Counted from the stretch's first letter, positions 9,310 through 18,857 are shown. The stretch is 64,000 nucleotides of DNA from Myxococcota bacterium (GCA_965250285.1 OZ252299.1:2240001-2304000); one strand, 5' to 3'. The notes: generated by a model not told the origin, from the letters alone. Translations and numbers: made by a program.

Positions 9310-10861
9310 GCGCACCGTCCTCGCCATCGACCTCGGCACGTCTCACGTGAAGGCCGCCCTCGTTCGCGACAACGGCCACATCGCAGCGTGCGCAACGCGA
9401 ACCATCGACGTGCTCTACCCCAAGCCCGGCTGGGCCGAGCAGGACCCGGAAGGCTGGTGGCAGGCGATCACGAGCGCGACCCAGGAGCTCTGGGCCGGCG
9501 GAGCCGATCGCGCGAATTCGGTGCAGGCCGTCGTCTTCACCTGCCAGATGTTCGGTGTGCTGCCGATCGACGCCGACGGCAAACCACTCGGCAACGCGAT
9601 GATCTGGCTCGACACGCGCTCGGCCGAGCAGGCCCGCGCGATGACGAACGGCTTCCCCAAGGTCGCGGGCTATGGCCTGTGGCGGATGCTCAAGTGGCTC
9701 CGACTGACCAACGGCGCGCCGAACCTCGCAGGGCGAGACACGATCTCGAAGTACATGTGGCTGCGCGAGAATCGCCCCGACGTCTGGAGTCGTACGCACA
9801 AGCTGCTCGACGTGAAGGACTACCTCGTCTACCGCTGCACCGGTCGCACCGTGTGCACCTACGACGCAGCGAGCGGGGGCTGGCTCTTCGATACGCACAA
9901 GGATCGCCTGCACTGGTCGGAGCCGATCCTGCGCATGCTCGACTTCGACGTGTCGAAGCTCCCCGAGGTGGTGAAGTCGACCGAGATCGTGGGAGAGCTC
10001 GAAGGCCAGGCCGCAACCGACCTCGGGCTGCGCTCGGGGGTCCCCGTCGCCGGTGGCGCCGGCGACGTGCTCTCGTGCGCCGTGGGATCGGGGGCGGTAC
10101 GCGACGGCGCGGCCCATGCGTGCCTCGGCACCAGCTCATGGGTCGCCGCCCACGCCGACGACCGAGCCGTGAATCCGTTGGCCGCGACCGGCACGCTCTG
10201 CGCGGCCGAGTACCGCAAGTACATCGTGATCGCGACACAGGAAACCGCCGGCGCCTCGCTCGAGTGGGCGCGCGACACGATCCTGGGCGGAGCCGACGCG
10301 GCCCCCTTCGACCGTTTGAACGCCCTCGCCGAAGCCGCGCCCGCCGGCTCGGGCGGCGTGTACTTCTTGCCCTGGATGATGGGGGAGCGCGTTCCGATCG
10401 ACGACGCCCACATGCGTGGGGGCTTCGTGAACCTCGCCCTCGATACGGAGACGAGTCACCTCGTGCGCGCGATCTACGAGGGGGTGGCCTACAACACGCG
10501 CTGGGCCAAGGGGATCGTCGAAGGGCTGATCAAGCAGCCGATCACATCGCTTCGCATCGCGGGCGGCGGCTCGCAGAGCGACGTCTGGTGCCAGATCATG
10601 GCCGACGTGCTGCAAGCGCGCGTCGAGCGCGTCGTCGAGCCCCAGTTCAGCGGGGTGCGGGGCGCGGCGCTGATGGCGCGACGCGCCCTCGGCGAATACG
10701 GCAGCCTCGAAGAGACCGAGTCGCTGATCGAGGTCGAACGCACCTTCGAGCCCGACGGCGCGATCGAAGCGCTTCACACCGAGCGCTTCGATCGCTTCAC
10801 CCGCTTCTTCAAGACGGCGCGCCCGTGGTATCGGCGAACGAACGCCCACCTCGACGACTAG
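9302..10861 (+). CDS. FGGY-family carbohydrate kinase (xylulokinase-like)
   Basis: AIDLGTS, GWAEQDP, WLDTRS, GAGDV, LGTSSW, RAIYEGVAY and GGGSQSDVWCQIMADV. Overlaps the 3' end of devA. Confidence 0.9.
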   Translation: MDERTVLAIDLGTSHVKAALVRDNGHIAACATRTIDVLYPKPGWAEQDPEGWWQAITSATQELWAGGADRANSVQAVVFTCQMFGVLPIDADGKPLGNAMIWLDTRSAEQARAMTNGFPKVAGYGLWRMLKWLRLTNGAPNLAGRDTISKYMWLRENRPDVWSRTHKLLDVKDYLVYRCTGRTVCTYDAASGGWLFDTHKDRLHWSEPILRMLDFDVSKLPEVVKSTEIVGELEGQAATDLGLRSGVPVAGGAGDVLSCAVGSGAVRDGAAHACLGTSSWVAAHADDRAVNPLAATGTLCAAEYRKYIVIATQETAGASLEWARDTILGGADAAPFDRLNALAEAAPAGSGGVYFLPWMMGERVPIDDAHMRGGFVNLALDTETSHLVRAIYEGVAYNTRWAKGIVEGLIKQPITSLRIAGGGSQSDVWCQIMADVLQARVERVVEPQFSGVRGAALMARRALGEYGSLEETESLIEVERTFEPDGAIEALHTERFDRFTRFFKTARPWYRRTNAHLDD

Positions 10862-11766
10862 ACCTGCCCGATCAGCACCAGGTAGTAGTAGAAGACCGGC
10901 GCCAGGAACGAGAACGCGTCGTAGAGGTCGAGCACGCCGCCCTGGGTCGGGATGACATCGCCGTAGTCCTTGACGCCTGCCCGGCGTTTGAGACGAGACG
11001 CGAAGAGATCGCCTGCCGTCCCCGCCGCCGCGACCAGCACACCCGAGCCTGCGACCTGCCACCAGGTGAAGTGCGGCACCGCGAACCACAGCGCGAACGC
11101 GATGCCGATCGTGCACAGGATGCCGCCGACCACGCCTTCGACGGTCTTGTTCGGGCTGAGCTTCGGGAAGATCTTGCGCTTGCCGATCGAGCTGCCGATC
11201 AAATACGCCGCCGAGTCGTTGACCTCGGACAAGCCGTAGTAGACGACGACGTAGCCGAAGCCGGCATCCATGCGCCCGATCTCGGTATAGAACGCGAGAC
11301 AGACGAACGGATAGATGACGCCGAAGCACGTCCGCTTGAGCCGAAAGACCGTGCCGTCCCGGTCGTTGCCCGCGGCGAATCGAAGGGCCTGATACACGAG
11401 CACGAGGCCGGGCAGGAGCCACGGCACGAGCCCCGGCCAGACCCAGCCCGCGAGCATGCAGACGAGACCGGTCGCGATGCCGCCGACCTTGAACGGCCGG
11501 TCGCCCCCGGCTTCGAACGTGCCGTACAGCTCCGACGTGGTGATGCATCCGAGCAGCACCGCCGCACCGAGCAGCCAACCACCGCCGAGGTACGCAGGCG
11601 CGAACGCGAAGGCGAGCATGCCGGCTTCGACCGCGAATCGGGTGCCCATGCGACTCTGGCTCTGGGATCGGCCCCGCAGCGCCATCTGCAGCAGGATGCC
11701 CGCGCCGGCGACCGCGAAGATCACGCCCAGCGTCCAGAGCAGCTTGATCGCGATCTCTTCTTTCAA
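10858..11766 (-). CDS. phosphatidate cytidylyltransferase-like (CTP_transf_1, CdsA/YnbB-like) membrane protein
   Basis: DSAAYLIG, LSPNKTVEG, GDLFASRLKR and KDYGDVIPTQGGVLD. Multiple TM segments. The start (TTG 11766) is uncertain. Confidence 0.85.
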   Translation of the reverse strand: MKEEIAIKLLWTLGVIFAVAGAGILLQMALRGRSQSQSRMGTRFAVEAGMLAFAFAPAYLGGGWLLGAAVLLGCITTSELYGTFEAGGDRPFKVGGIATGLVCMLAGWVWPGLVPWLLPGLVLVYQALRFAAGNDRDGTVFRLKRTCFGVIYPFVCLAFYTEIGRMDAGFGYVVVYYGLSEVNDSAAYLIGSSIGKRKIFPKLSPNKTVEGVVGGILCTIGIAFALWFAVPHFTWWQVAGSGVLVAAAGTAGDLFASRLKRRAGVKDYGDVIPTQGGVLDLYDAFSFLAPVFYYYLVLIGQV

Positions 11767-11912
11767 CGTGGCCCCCCGGCGCCCCACCCCGCGCCGCGCT
11801 CGCAACGTAGCAACCCACCCCGGATGGCGGCAGAGCGATCGGCGCAGCGGTACTCTCCCGCGCGATCCAATCCACGCACCGCACGCACCCCCGGCGTGCA
11901 TCGGAGCGCCGC

Positions 11913-12545
11913 TTGATCGACGAGATGTTCAAGGATCAGATGGATCGCTTCTGGGATCACTTCGGGCGAGTGGTCGCGAAGACCGGCCTCACGCCGAACA
12001 TGGTGACGGGCGCGGGCATCGTGCTCTGCGCCGCGAACGCCCTGGCGTTTCCGTGGCACCAGAACTTCGTCGTCTTCGGCCTGCTCGTCGCCGCCATCGA
12101 GCTGCTCGACAACGTCGACGGCGCCGTCGCGCGCGTGACCGAGACCAGCACGCTCTACGGCTCGTACCTCGACGCCGTCACCGATCGGTACAAGGACTTC
12201 TTCATCCTCTTCTCGATCGCGTGGGTGACCGGCGCATGGGTGCCGTGCATGCTCGCGATCGCCGGCTCGATGATCACGAGCTACAACGCCGCTCGAGCAG
12301 CGCAGCTCGGCGCCCAGGACGACGGCGGCCAGGGCGGCCTGCCCGACCTCTTCGAGCGCCTCGAACGGATCGCGACGATCTGCGTGGGCGTGGTCTTCAC
12401 CGGCTTCCTCCCGAACGATCTCTTCTTCGGCCACGATCTGCTCTGGGCGGTGCTCTGGCTGGTCGCGATCCTCACGCACGTCACGGCCGTACAGCGCTTC
12501 GTGCGCCGCGGGCGCGTGTTGAGGCGCTTCGACGGCCCGTCCTGA
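11913..12545 (+). CDS. CDP-alcohol phosphatidyltransferase (PIP-synthase-like)
   Basis: TPNMVT and the signature DNVDGAVAR...GSYLDAVTD, plus SYNAARA and ERLERI. Confidence 0.9.
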   Translation: MIDEMFKDQMDRFWDHFGRVVAKTGLTPNMVTGAGIVLCAANALAFPWHQNFVVFGLLVAAIELLDNVDGAVARVTETSTLYGSYLDAVTDRYKDFFILFSIAWVTGAWVPCMLAIAGSMITSYNAARAAQLGAQDDGGQGGLPDLFERLERIATICVGVVFTGFLPNDLFFGHDLLWAVLWLVAILTHVTAVQRFVRRGRVLRRFDGPS

Positions 12546-12580
12546 GGCCGAGCCAGAGGCGAGAGGCGGGGCGGTGGGCC

Positions 12581-14227
12581 CTACAGCTGACCGCCGATCG
12601 CGGCTTCGAGGAACGCGATGTTGCTCGCGTACTCGGTGATCGCCGCGAGCAGGTCGCTCTCGGAGCGGATCAGCTCTTCGTTCGCGTTCACGACCTGGAG
12701 GTTGCTGGCGAGCCCCATCTCGAAGCGCCCGAGCGCGACTTCGCGCTTCTTGCGGGCGCTCTCGACGGCGTGCGAGAGGCTCTCGATGCGCCCGAGATTC
12801 TCGCGCAGGCGAATCTCGAACTCGCGCACCTCGAGTTCGATATCGCGCTGGGTGCGAAACAGCTCGGTCTGCGCGACGGAGCGCACCCCCTCGGCTTCGC
12901 GGTAGCGTGCGCGGGGGGCCCGGTTGCCGATCGGCATGCGAAAGCTCAGCCCGGCGTCCCAGTTGTAGCTGGCCCAGTCGAAGCCGGGCTGGAACGTCCC
13001 GTTCACACCGAGTTCGGGCAGCTTGCCGTTGCCAGCGACGCGCTTCGCGAGCTCGGCTTGTCGAAGCTCTGCGCGCTTCTGCAGCAGCTCGGGACGGTTG
13101 CGCATGGCGCGTGCGATCCAGTTGCTCAGGTCGACGGGAACCGGCTCGAAGGGGATGGCACGCTCGGCGGCGAGGATCTCGATGCCGACGGGTAGACCGA
13201 TCACACGTCGCAGCTCGTTTCGACGCACGCGCCGCTCGGCGTTCGCGGTCGTCAGCCGGGCTTCGGCGGTTGCCGTCCGCACATCGGCGCTGAAGACATC
13301 GACCTTGCTCACCTGGCCCGCGTCGAAGAGCGCGTCAGAGGCCTCGACCAGCTCGTTGGCCCGTTCGAGTGCGCGTTCGGCCACGTCGACCTGCTGATTT
13401 GCGCGGATGACGTTGTAGTACGCGGCCTTCACCCGCGCCTTCACGGTGAGCATCGCCGTCGCGAGCATCGCTTGATTGATCTCGGCGCCGTACTCCGAGT
13501 CGATGATCTGGCTTCGAGCCACGAAGACACGCCCGCCGCGCAGCAGCGGCTGGAACACCTCGATCGAGAGCCCCGCGAGCTCGTTGCTGTTCACGAAGTT
13601 CTGCTGCTGGTCGGCCTGCTCGTTCTCCGCCGTCTTCTCGCGTTCGTAGCCCGCCCCCAGGCGCACGAAGCCGCCCGTGGGCACCTCCTGCTCCAGGAAG
13701 AGCAACGCACGCTGACGGGAGCGCGTCTCGTCGGGGCGGCCCCCCGAGCGCGCGCGGCTCCAGCCGTCGGCCTCGCCGGACGCGCCGAACGTGGGGTGGA
13801 AGCGCGCCTTCTGCTCGGCGACACCGGCCTCGCCGATGTCGACGCCGACCTGGGTCACCTGCACGTCGAGGTTGTTCACGAGCGCGAGCTGCAGGCACTC
13901 CTCCAGCGTCAGCTCGCGCACCTCGACGTCGGCCCGCTCGTCGATGGGCGCGGCGGCGGCGATGATCGCGCGCAGCTGACTCAGATCGAGCTGCTCGACG
14001 TTTTCGACCTCGAGCACGCTCGGCCCCGAGCGCGGCAGCGGCAGCGGTCGATCGAGCTCTTCGGCCGCGTCCCCTTCGGGCTCGGGCAGCCCGACCGGGG
14101 TGCCGGCCGCGCGGGCCGGATGCGCGGCGAGCGTCGTCGCGGCGGCGCAGGCAAGCGCCGCAGCGAGCGCGATGCACGCGCGGGTTCGCGTCCGTATTCG
14201 GCCCATGTGTCTAGAAGACCGTCCCAT
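12581..14227 (-). CDS. TolC-family outer membrane efflux protein
   Basis: Signal peptide, LTLEECLQLALVNNLDV, FQPLLRGG, VKAAYYNV and two OEP repeats. The start may be 14206. Confidence 0.88.
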   Translation of the reverse strand: MGRSSRHMGRIRTRTRACIALAAALACAAATTLAAHPARAAGTPVGLPEPEGDAAEELDRPLPLPRSGPSVLEVENVEQLDLSQLRAIIAAAAPIDERADVEVRELTLEECLQLALVNNLDVQVTQVGVDIGEAGVAEQKARFHPTFGASGEADGWSRARSGGRPDETRSRQRALLFLEQEVPTGGFVRLGAGYEREKTAENEQADQQQNFVNSNELAGLSIEVFQPLLRGGRVFVARSQIIDSEYGAEINQAMLATAMLTVKARVKAAYYNVIRANQQVDVAERALERANELVEASDALFDAGQVSKVDVFSADVRTATAEARLTTANAERRVRRNELRRVIGLPVGIEILAAERAIPFEPVPVDLSNWIARAMRNRPELLQKRAELRQAELAKRVAGNGKLPELGVNGTFQPGFDWASYNWDAGLSFRMPIGNRAPRARYREAEGVRSVAQTELFRTQRDIELEVREFEIRLRENLGRIESLSHAVESARKKREVALGRFEMGLASNLQVVNANEELIRSESDLLAAITEYASNIAFLEAAIGGQL

Positions 14228-14462
14228 GCCCCTGCACGAAACCGGCGATCGGCTTCGAGTTCCCCCTGGAGGCGACCGGGCCCAACGAGCCCCACATGCG
14301 GCGCAGGCACCGCGGACAGGACACGTCGAACAGCCGACGGATCGTCGCGCGGGCAGAGGCTAACACAGGCGCATTCCGCGTCGGGCGCGAGGGGCCTGGC
14401 GCTATGCTGCGAGCGGCATCCTTTCGTCTCGGTTGCCGCCGAGGCCATCGCTCGGAGCCCCC

Positions 14463-15716
14463 ATGACCGCGACGTTCTTCGCTCTCTCGATGCTCGGCGC
14501 GCTGCTGACGCTGAACGTGCACTTTCCCGTGCGCCGCGGGGGGCTCGCGATCCCCAGCTTCTTTCTCGGCTGGCTCGTCGGCGACCTCGCCGTGTTTCAC
14601 ATCGCCCTGCAGGCCATCGTCACGCTCTTCTTCGTCTCGGCCGGTGTCCTCGAGCACGGGCTCGGTCAGGCGGCGCTCGCGATCACCCTCGCATCATGGG
14701 TCGGCCTCGCATGGGCATGGCCGATCTCGTTGCGCGCAGGGCCCATCGCGCAGGCCGCGCTCGACGAGAGCATCGGTGGCGTCGACTCGGCCAAGCTGAC
14801 CAGCGACGAACGCGAGGGCCTGACCCACGAGCCGGGCTGGACGCGCGCGCTGCGTCCATTCTCGTTTCGGACACCGGGCGTGAAGGTGGTGCGCAACCTC
14901 GCCTATCACGACGTCGACGCCAAGCGTCACCGTCTCGACCTGTACCTGCCCGAGCGCGATGTCGAGCGGGCGCCGGTCCTGCTGCAGATCCACGGCGGGG
15001 CGTGGATGATCGGCGAGAAGCGCGAACAGGCGCTGCCTCTGATGTATCACATGGCCTCCCATGGGTGGATCTGCGTCGCCATCAACTACCGGCTCTCGCC
15101 GAAACACGCGTGGCCGGCGCATGTCGAAGACTGCAAGCGCGCCACCGCCTGGGTGAAGCAGCACATCGCTGAATACGGCGGCGATCCCGACTTCGTCTGC
15201 GTGACCGGCGGCTCGGCCGGCGGCCATCTCTCCTCTCTGGTCGCGCTCACCGCGAACGACCCGGCGTGGCAGCCGGGCTTCGAGGACGTCGACACGAGCT
15301 TCGCCGCCGCCGTGCCCTTCTATGGCGTCTACGACTGGACGAACGAGATGGGCTTGCAGGTGAACGAGTCGAAGGGGTTCATCGAGCGCCTCGTCGTGAA
15401 GGAGCCGTTCGAGGGCAACGAAGACGTGTTCAGGGCCGCATCACCGATGCACCGGATCCATGCGGACGCCCCTCCGTTCTTCGTGCTGCACGGCGATGCC
15501 GACTCGCTCTGTGCCGTCGAGGAAGCGCGGGGCTTCGTCGCCAAGCTGCGCGAGACATCGAAGGCCCCCGTCGCGTATGCCGAGATCCCGGGGGCGCAGC
15601 ACGCCTTCGAGATCTTCCATACGCCCCGCACGGTCGGCGTCGTGCCCGCGGTCGAGCGGTTCCTGTCTCAGGTTCACGGGGCCGCACGGGCGCGGCGACG
15701 CGGCGAAGCGGCCTGA
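14463..15716 (+). CDS. membrane-anchored alpha/beta hydrolase (HSL-family esterase/lipase)
   Basis: HGGAW oxyanion motif, GGSAGG nucleophile, HGDAD and GAQHAF. N-terminal TM helices. Confidence 0.88.
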   Translation: MTATFFALSMLGALLTLNVHFPVRRGGLAIPSFFLGWLVGDLAVFHIALQAIVTLFFVSAGVLEHGLGQAALAITLASWVGLAWAWPISLRAGPIAQAALDESIGGVDSAKLTSDEREGLTHEPGWTRALRPFSFRTPGVKVVRNLAYHDVDAKRHRLDLYLPERDVERAPVLLQIHGGAWMIGEKREQALPLMYHMASHGWICVAINYRLSPKHAWPAHVEDCKRATAWVKQHIAEYGGDPDFVCVTGGSAGGHLSSLVALTANDPAWQPGFEDVDTSFAAAVPFYGVYDWTNEMGLQVNESKGFIERLVVKEPFEGNEDVFRAASPMHRIHADAPPFFVLHGDADSLCAVEEARGFVAKLRETSKAPVAYAEIPGAQHAFEIFHTPRTVGVVPAVERFLSQVHGAARARRRGEAA

Positions 15717-15719
15717 CCC

Positions 15720-16601
15720 GTGGCGACGCCGCCGGAGCGCGAGCGCATCCAGCGAGAGACTCAGCTCGCGCGGGCCCGCAACGTGCACCTCGGGATCCTG
15801 CGCACCGAGCTGCGGGGTCGATCCTACGAACGCTTCTTTCGCTGGGAGCTCGACGACCTGCCGCCGCACGTCGAGGCTGCGGTCGCGCAGGGCGAAGCCG
15901 ATGCGGCCGACGCGCTGCCCTTCGCCGACGCACACCGGCTGCTGGAGCCGGGTCCACTCGCGCTCGAGACCGGTCACACGCGCATGCGAGACGGCACCGT
16001 GTTCGTCGCCGTCTCGACCGAGTTTCCCGGCGCGACGCCCGAGATGATCGACTGGTGGTTCGCCTGGCACGGCGAAGAGACTGATCGCTACAAGCTCTGG
16101 CACCCCCAGGCACATCTGTTCACGCAATGGCGCTACGCGCGCGGCGCGACGCCGGGGCTCTCCGACAAGGCGAAGTACATCGGCAACACCTCGTGGGTCG
16201 ACGAGTACGTGGGCCCCGAAATCAGCCGTCTGGCGATCCGGTTCCGGCCGCCGGGCGAGCTCGGGCTCGACGAGGCGCGCTTCGACGAAGCGGGCGTCGG
16301 GACCGCGGTGTGCGCGCGTGTCGGCTTCAGCGATCGGCCACTCGACGCCGGCCATCTCATCCACCTGATGCGACGCACCGAGAACGGCTGCGAGATGCGC
16401 AGTCGCTTCTGGATCGGCGATCCGCACCTCCGCTTCCTACCCGAGGGCAACCCGCTCGATCGCGCACTCGCGACACCGACGGCGCGTGGCCTCATGCTGC
16501 CGAGACGCATGGGCCACCACCTGCTGATTCACTGCGCCGAAGAGATGAACCACCTGGCGCGGTTTCTGCCCGAGCTCTACGCGCAGGAGACGGGCCAGTA
16601 G
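15720..16601 (+). CDS. DAPG hydrolase (PhlG)/phloretin hydrolase family protein
   Basis: TPEMIDWWFAWH, RYKLWHPQAH, VDEYVG, EMRSRFW and HCAEEMNHLARFLP. Confidence 0.85.
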   Translation: MATPPERERIQRETQLARARNVHLGILRTELRGRSYERFFRWELDDLPPHVEAAVAQGEADAADALPFADAHRLLEPGPLALETGHTRMRDGTVFVAVSTEFPGATPEMIDWWFAWHGEETDRYKLWHPQAHLFTQWRYARGATPGLSDKAKYIGNTSWVDEYVGPEISRLAIRFRPPGELGLDEARFDEAGVGTAVCARVGFSDRPLDAGHLIHLMRRTENGCEMRSRFWIGDPHLRFLPEGNPLDRALATPTARGLMLPRRMGHHLLIHCAEEMNHLARFLPELYAQETGQ

Positions 16602-16676
16602 CGCGGCCGCCCGAAGCTCTCGGCGCCACCGTCCGCTCCACCCGAAGCCCTCACTCGGCGCCCCGACGCGCGGGGG

Positions 16677-17597
16677 TCACCGGGCCAGCCAGCCCGCGTC
16701 GATCCAGCGCGCGAGCCAGCCTGCCGCGAGCGCGGCGGGCTCTTCGACCGCCGCGTCGCCCAGGCGCTCGTCGAGCCACAGACCCAGATCGCCGAACGTC
16801 TCGCCACCGGCGACGATTCGAGCCAGCGCTTCGGCCTCCAGTGCATCGACACTGCGAAACACGGCTCGCTCGCGCTCGCGCCAGACGATCAGCGTCTGGG
16901 GCTCGCTTCGCCGGTTGGGCGCTGCCGCATCGCCCCGACGCTGGGCGGTCACCATCTCACCGACCGACCAGCTGAAGGTGAGACGCGCGAACGCCGGCAC
17001 GACCTCGAGCGCGATCTCCGACCAGGCTTCGGGCGCGACCCGGGCGAGGTCGGCGCGCTGCAGTGGCGTCGCGTCGGGGGCATCGAAGACGTCGGCGAAG
17101 GCCCACTCGAGGCGCGCGATGTCATCTACACCCGGGAAGCGCTCACGCGCGAATGCGGCCACGGGATGCTCGGTCAGAAAGTCGGCAAAGGCGTGGCCGA
17201 GGTCTCGCAGGCTCGGCGAGCTCGACGGATGGGCGACGAGGTAGGCCGTCACCAGATCGTGAAAAGCCGCCTCGCCGCAGAGCCAGGCGACGGTCGGATA
17301 GTCGCCCTCGAGCACCTCGAGCAGCCGCGCGAAGTAGGCCTGGGCGTAGACGTCGAGCCGCGCAGGCGCCGCGAGTCGATCGTCGCTGCGCACGGTGCCG
17401 GCGAGGGCGGCGGCGGGATCGGACCAGGCGTCGAGCCAACCCGGCACGCCGGGCCGTCCTTCGAGCGCCGGCTGTACGCCGGTGGGTGCCGTCACCAGCG
17501 CGCGCAGCAGACGCTGCATCTCGACGAGCGATTCGGGCGGCGCAGCGGCGACCGGGGCGCGAGAGGAGACGTGGGCGTCGCCGGGTTCGGTGCTCAT
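16677..17597 (-). CDS. DUF2063 / BufC-HvfC-type RiPP partner protein
   Basis: RLDVYAQAYFARLLEVLEGDYP, HPSSSPSL and DIARLEWA. ATGA overlap with the DUF692 gene. Confidence 0.85.
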   Translation of the reverse strand: MSTEPGDAHVSSRAPVAAAPPESLVEMQRLLRALVTAPTGVQPALEGRPGVPGWLDAWSDPAAALAGTVRSDDRLAAPARLDVYAQAYFARLLEVLEGDYPTVAWLCGEAAFHDLVTAYLVAHPSSSPSLRDLGHAFADFLTEHPVAAFARERFPGVDDIARLEWAFADVFDAPDATPLQRADLARVAPEAWSEIALEVVPAFARLTFSWSVGEMVTAQRRGDAAAPNRRSEPQTLIVWRERERAVFRSVDALEAEALARIVAGGETFGDLGLWLDERLGDAAVEEPAALAAGWLARWIDAGWLAR

Positions 17598-18559
17598 GCG
17601 GCCGCCTCTGCGCACGCGCTCGCCATGAGGCGGCGCGCACGCTGAGCCTCTTCGATCAGGCGATCCAAGGTCGGAAGCTGGTCGTCCCATTCGATCAGGG
17701 TCGAGACGGGGCCAGTCCGCCGGATGACGCGCTCGTAGAGCCGCCACACCTCGTCGCGGACGGGGTGATCGTGGGTATCGATGAGCAGCGGCCCGCTCTC
17801 GGAGTGGCCCGCGAGGTGAATCTGAAAGATGCGCTCGGGTGGGATCGCGTCGAGGTACGTCTCTGCGTCGAAGCCGTGATTGTGCGCGCTCACGAATACG
17901 TTGTTGACGTCGAGGAGCACGCCGCAGTCGGCCCGCTCGGCGAGCGTGGCGATGAACTGCCACTCGTCGAGCTCGTCTTCTTCGAACGAGAGATACGAAG
18001 ACACGTTCTCGACCGCGATGCGGCGGCCGAGTCGATCCTGCACGCGACCGATGCGATCGGCGAGCCAGGCGAGCACGGCTTCGCTCGCGGGGAGCGGCAT
18101 CAGGTCGTGCAGGTGGGCCCCGCCGACGCCCGTCCAGCACAGGTGATCCGAGAGCCAGGCGGGCTCGACACGCTGGGCGAGCGATGCCAATCGGTCGAGA
18201 TAGTCGTCGTCGAGCGGATCGGTCGATCCGAGATTCATGGACACGCCGTGCATCACGACCGGTCGCTCGGCACGCACATCGTCGAGCAGGCGCCCGGGTC
18301 GCCCGCCGCGCACCATGAAGTTCTCTGAGATGACTTCGAGGAAGTCGATCTCGAGATCGCCCGCGCGCGCTCGTCGCAGCACGTCGTCATAGTGCGGCAC
18401 GCGCAGCCCGATGCCGACGCCCAAAGCGGGCGCCTCGACAGGACGTGCGGGGCGGGGTGTCGGAGGCGGCGGCATGGACAGACCCGGGTCGGACACCGTG
18501 AACGCACGCCGTCGCGAACGGAGCCGCATCGGCCCCGCCCGCGACGACCGTGGGCTCAC
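17594..18559 (-). CDS. DUF692 multinuclear non-heme iron oxidase (MNIO, BufB-like)
   Basis: GIGLRVPHY, EVISENFM, HGVSMNLG, SDHLCW, ENVSSY, DVNNVFV, QIHLAGH, DTHD and TLIEWD. The start may be somewhat downstream. Confidence 0.93.
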   Translation of the reverse strand: MSPRSSRAGPMRLRSRRRAFTVSDPGLSMPPPPTPRPARPVEAPALGVGIGLRVPHYDDVLRRARAGDLEIDFLEVISENFMVRGGRPGRLLDDVRAERPVVMHGVSMNLGSTDPLDDDYLDRLASLAQRVEPAWLSDHLCWTGVGGAHLHDLMPLPASEAVLAWLADRIGRVQDRLGRRIAVENVSSYLSFEEDELDEWQFIATLAERADCGVLLDVNNVFVSAHNHGFDAETYLDAIPPERIFQIHLAGHSESGPLLIDTHDHPVRDEVWRLYERVIRRTGPVSTLIEWDDQLPTLDRLIEEAQRARRLMASACAEAAA

Positions 18560-18816
18560 TTCTCGGCGAGCGTGCCGCCGGCGGCCTCACACTCTTCGGG
18601 CGTCAGGTAGACCCAGCCCTTGCCCTTGCAGCTGTTCTGACCGCCGCAGTCGTGGCTCGCGGTGTGGCATTCGCCCTGACCCTTGCAGGCGTTGCCGCCG
18701 TCGCACTTCACCTTGCCTTCGCTGGTGCCGCCGTGCTCGTCGGCGGCAGCGGTGCCAGCGGCCCCGAGCGCAAACAGCGCCGCGGCGGCCGAAGCGATGA
18801 CGGTCTTCTTGTCCAT
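18556..18816 (-). CDS. bufferin-type (BufA2-like) Cys-rich RiPP precursor with signal peptide
   Basis: Signal peptide followed by KCDGGNACKGQGECHTASHDCGGQNSCKGKGW...EECEAAGG (6 Cys, repeated GxNxCKG). GAGGAG RBS. Immediately upstream of DUF692. Confidence 0.88.
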   Translation of the reverse strand: MDKKTVIASAAAALFALGAAGTAAADEHGGTSEGKVKCDGGNACKGQGECHTASHDCGGQNSCKGKGWVYLTPEECEAAGGTLAEK

Positions 18817-18857
18817 TCGGTCGTCTCCTCAATCGGGCGGCCGCGCCGCCCCGTTGG

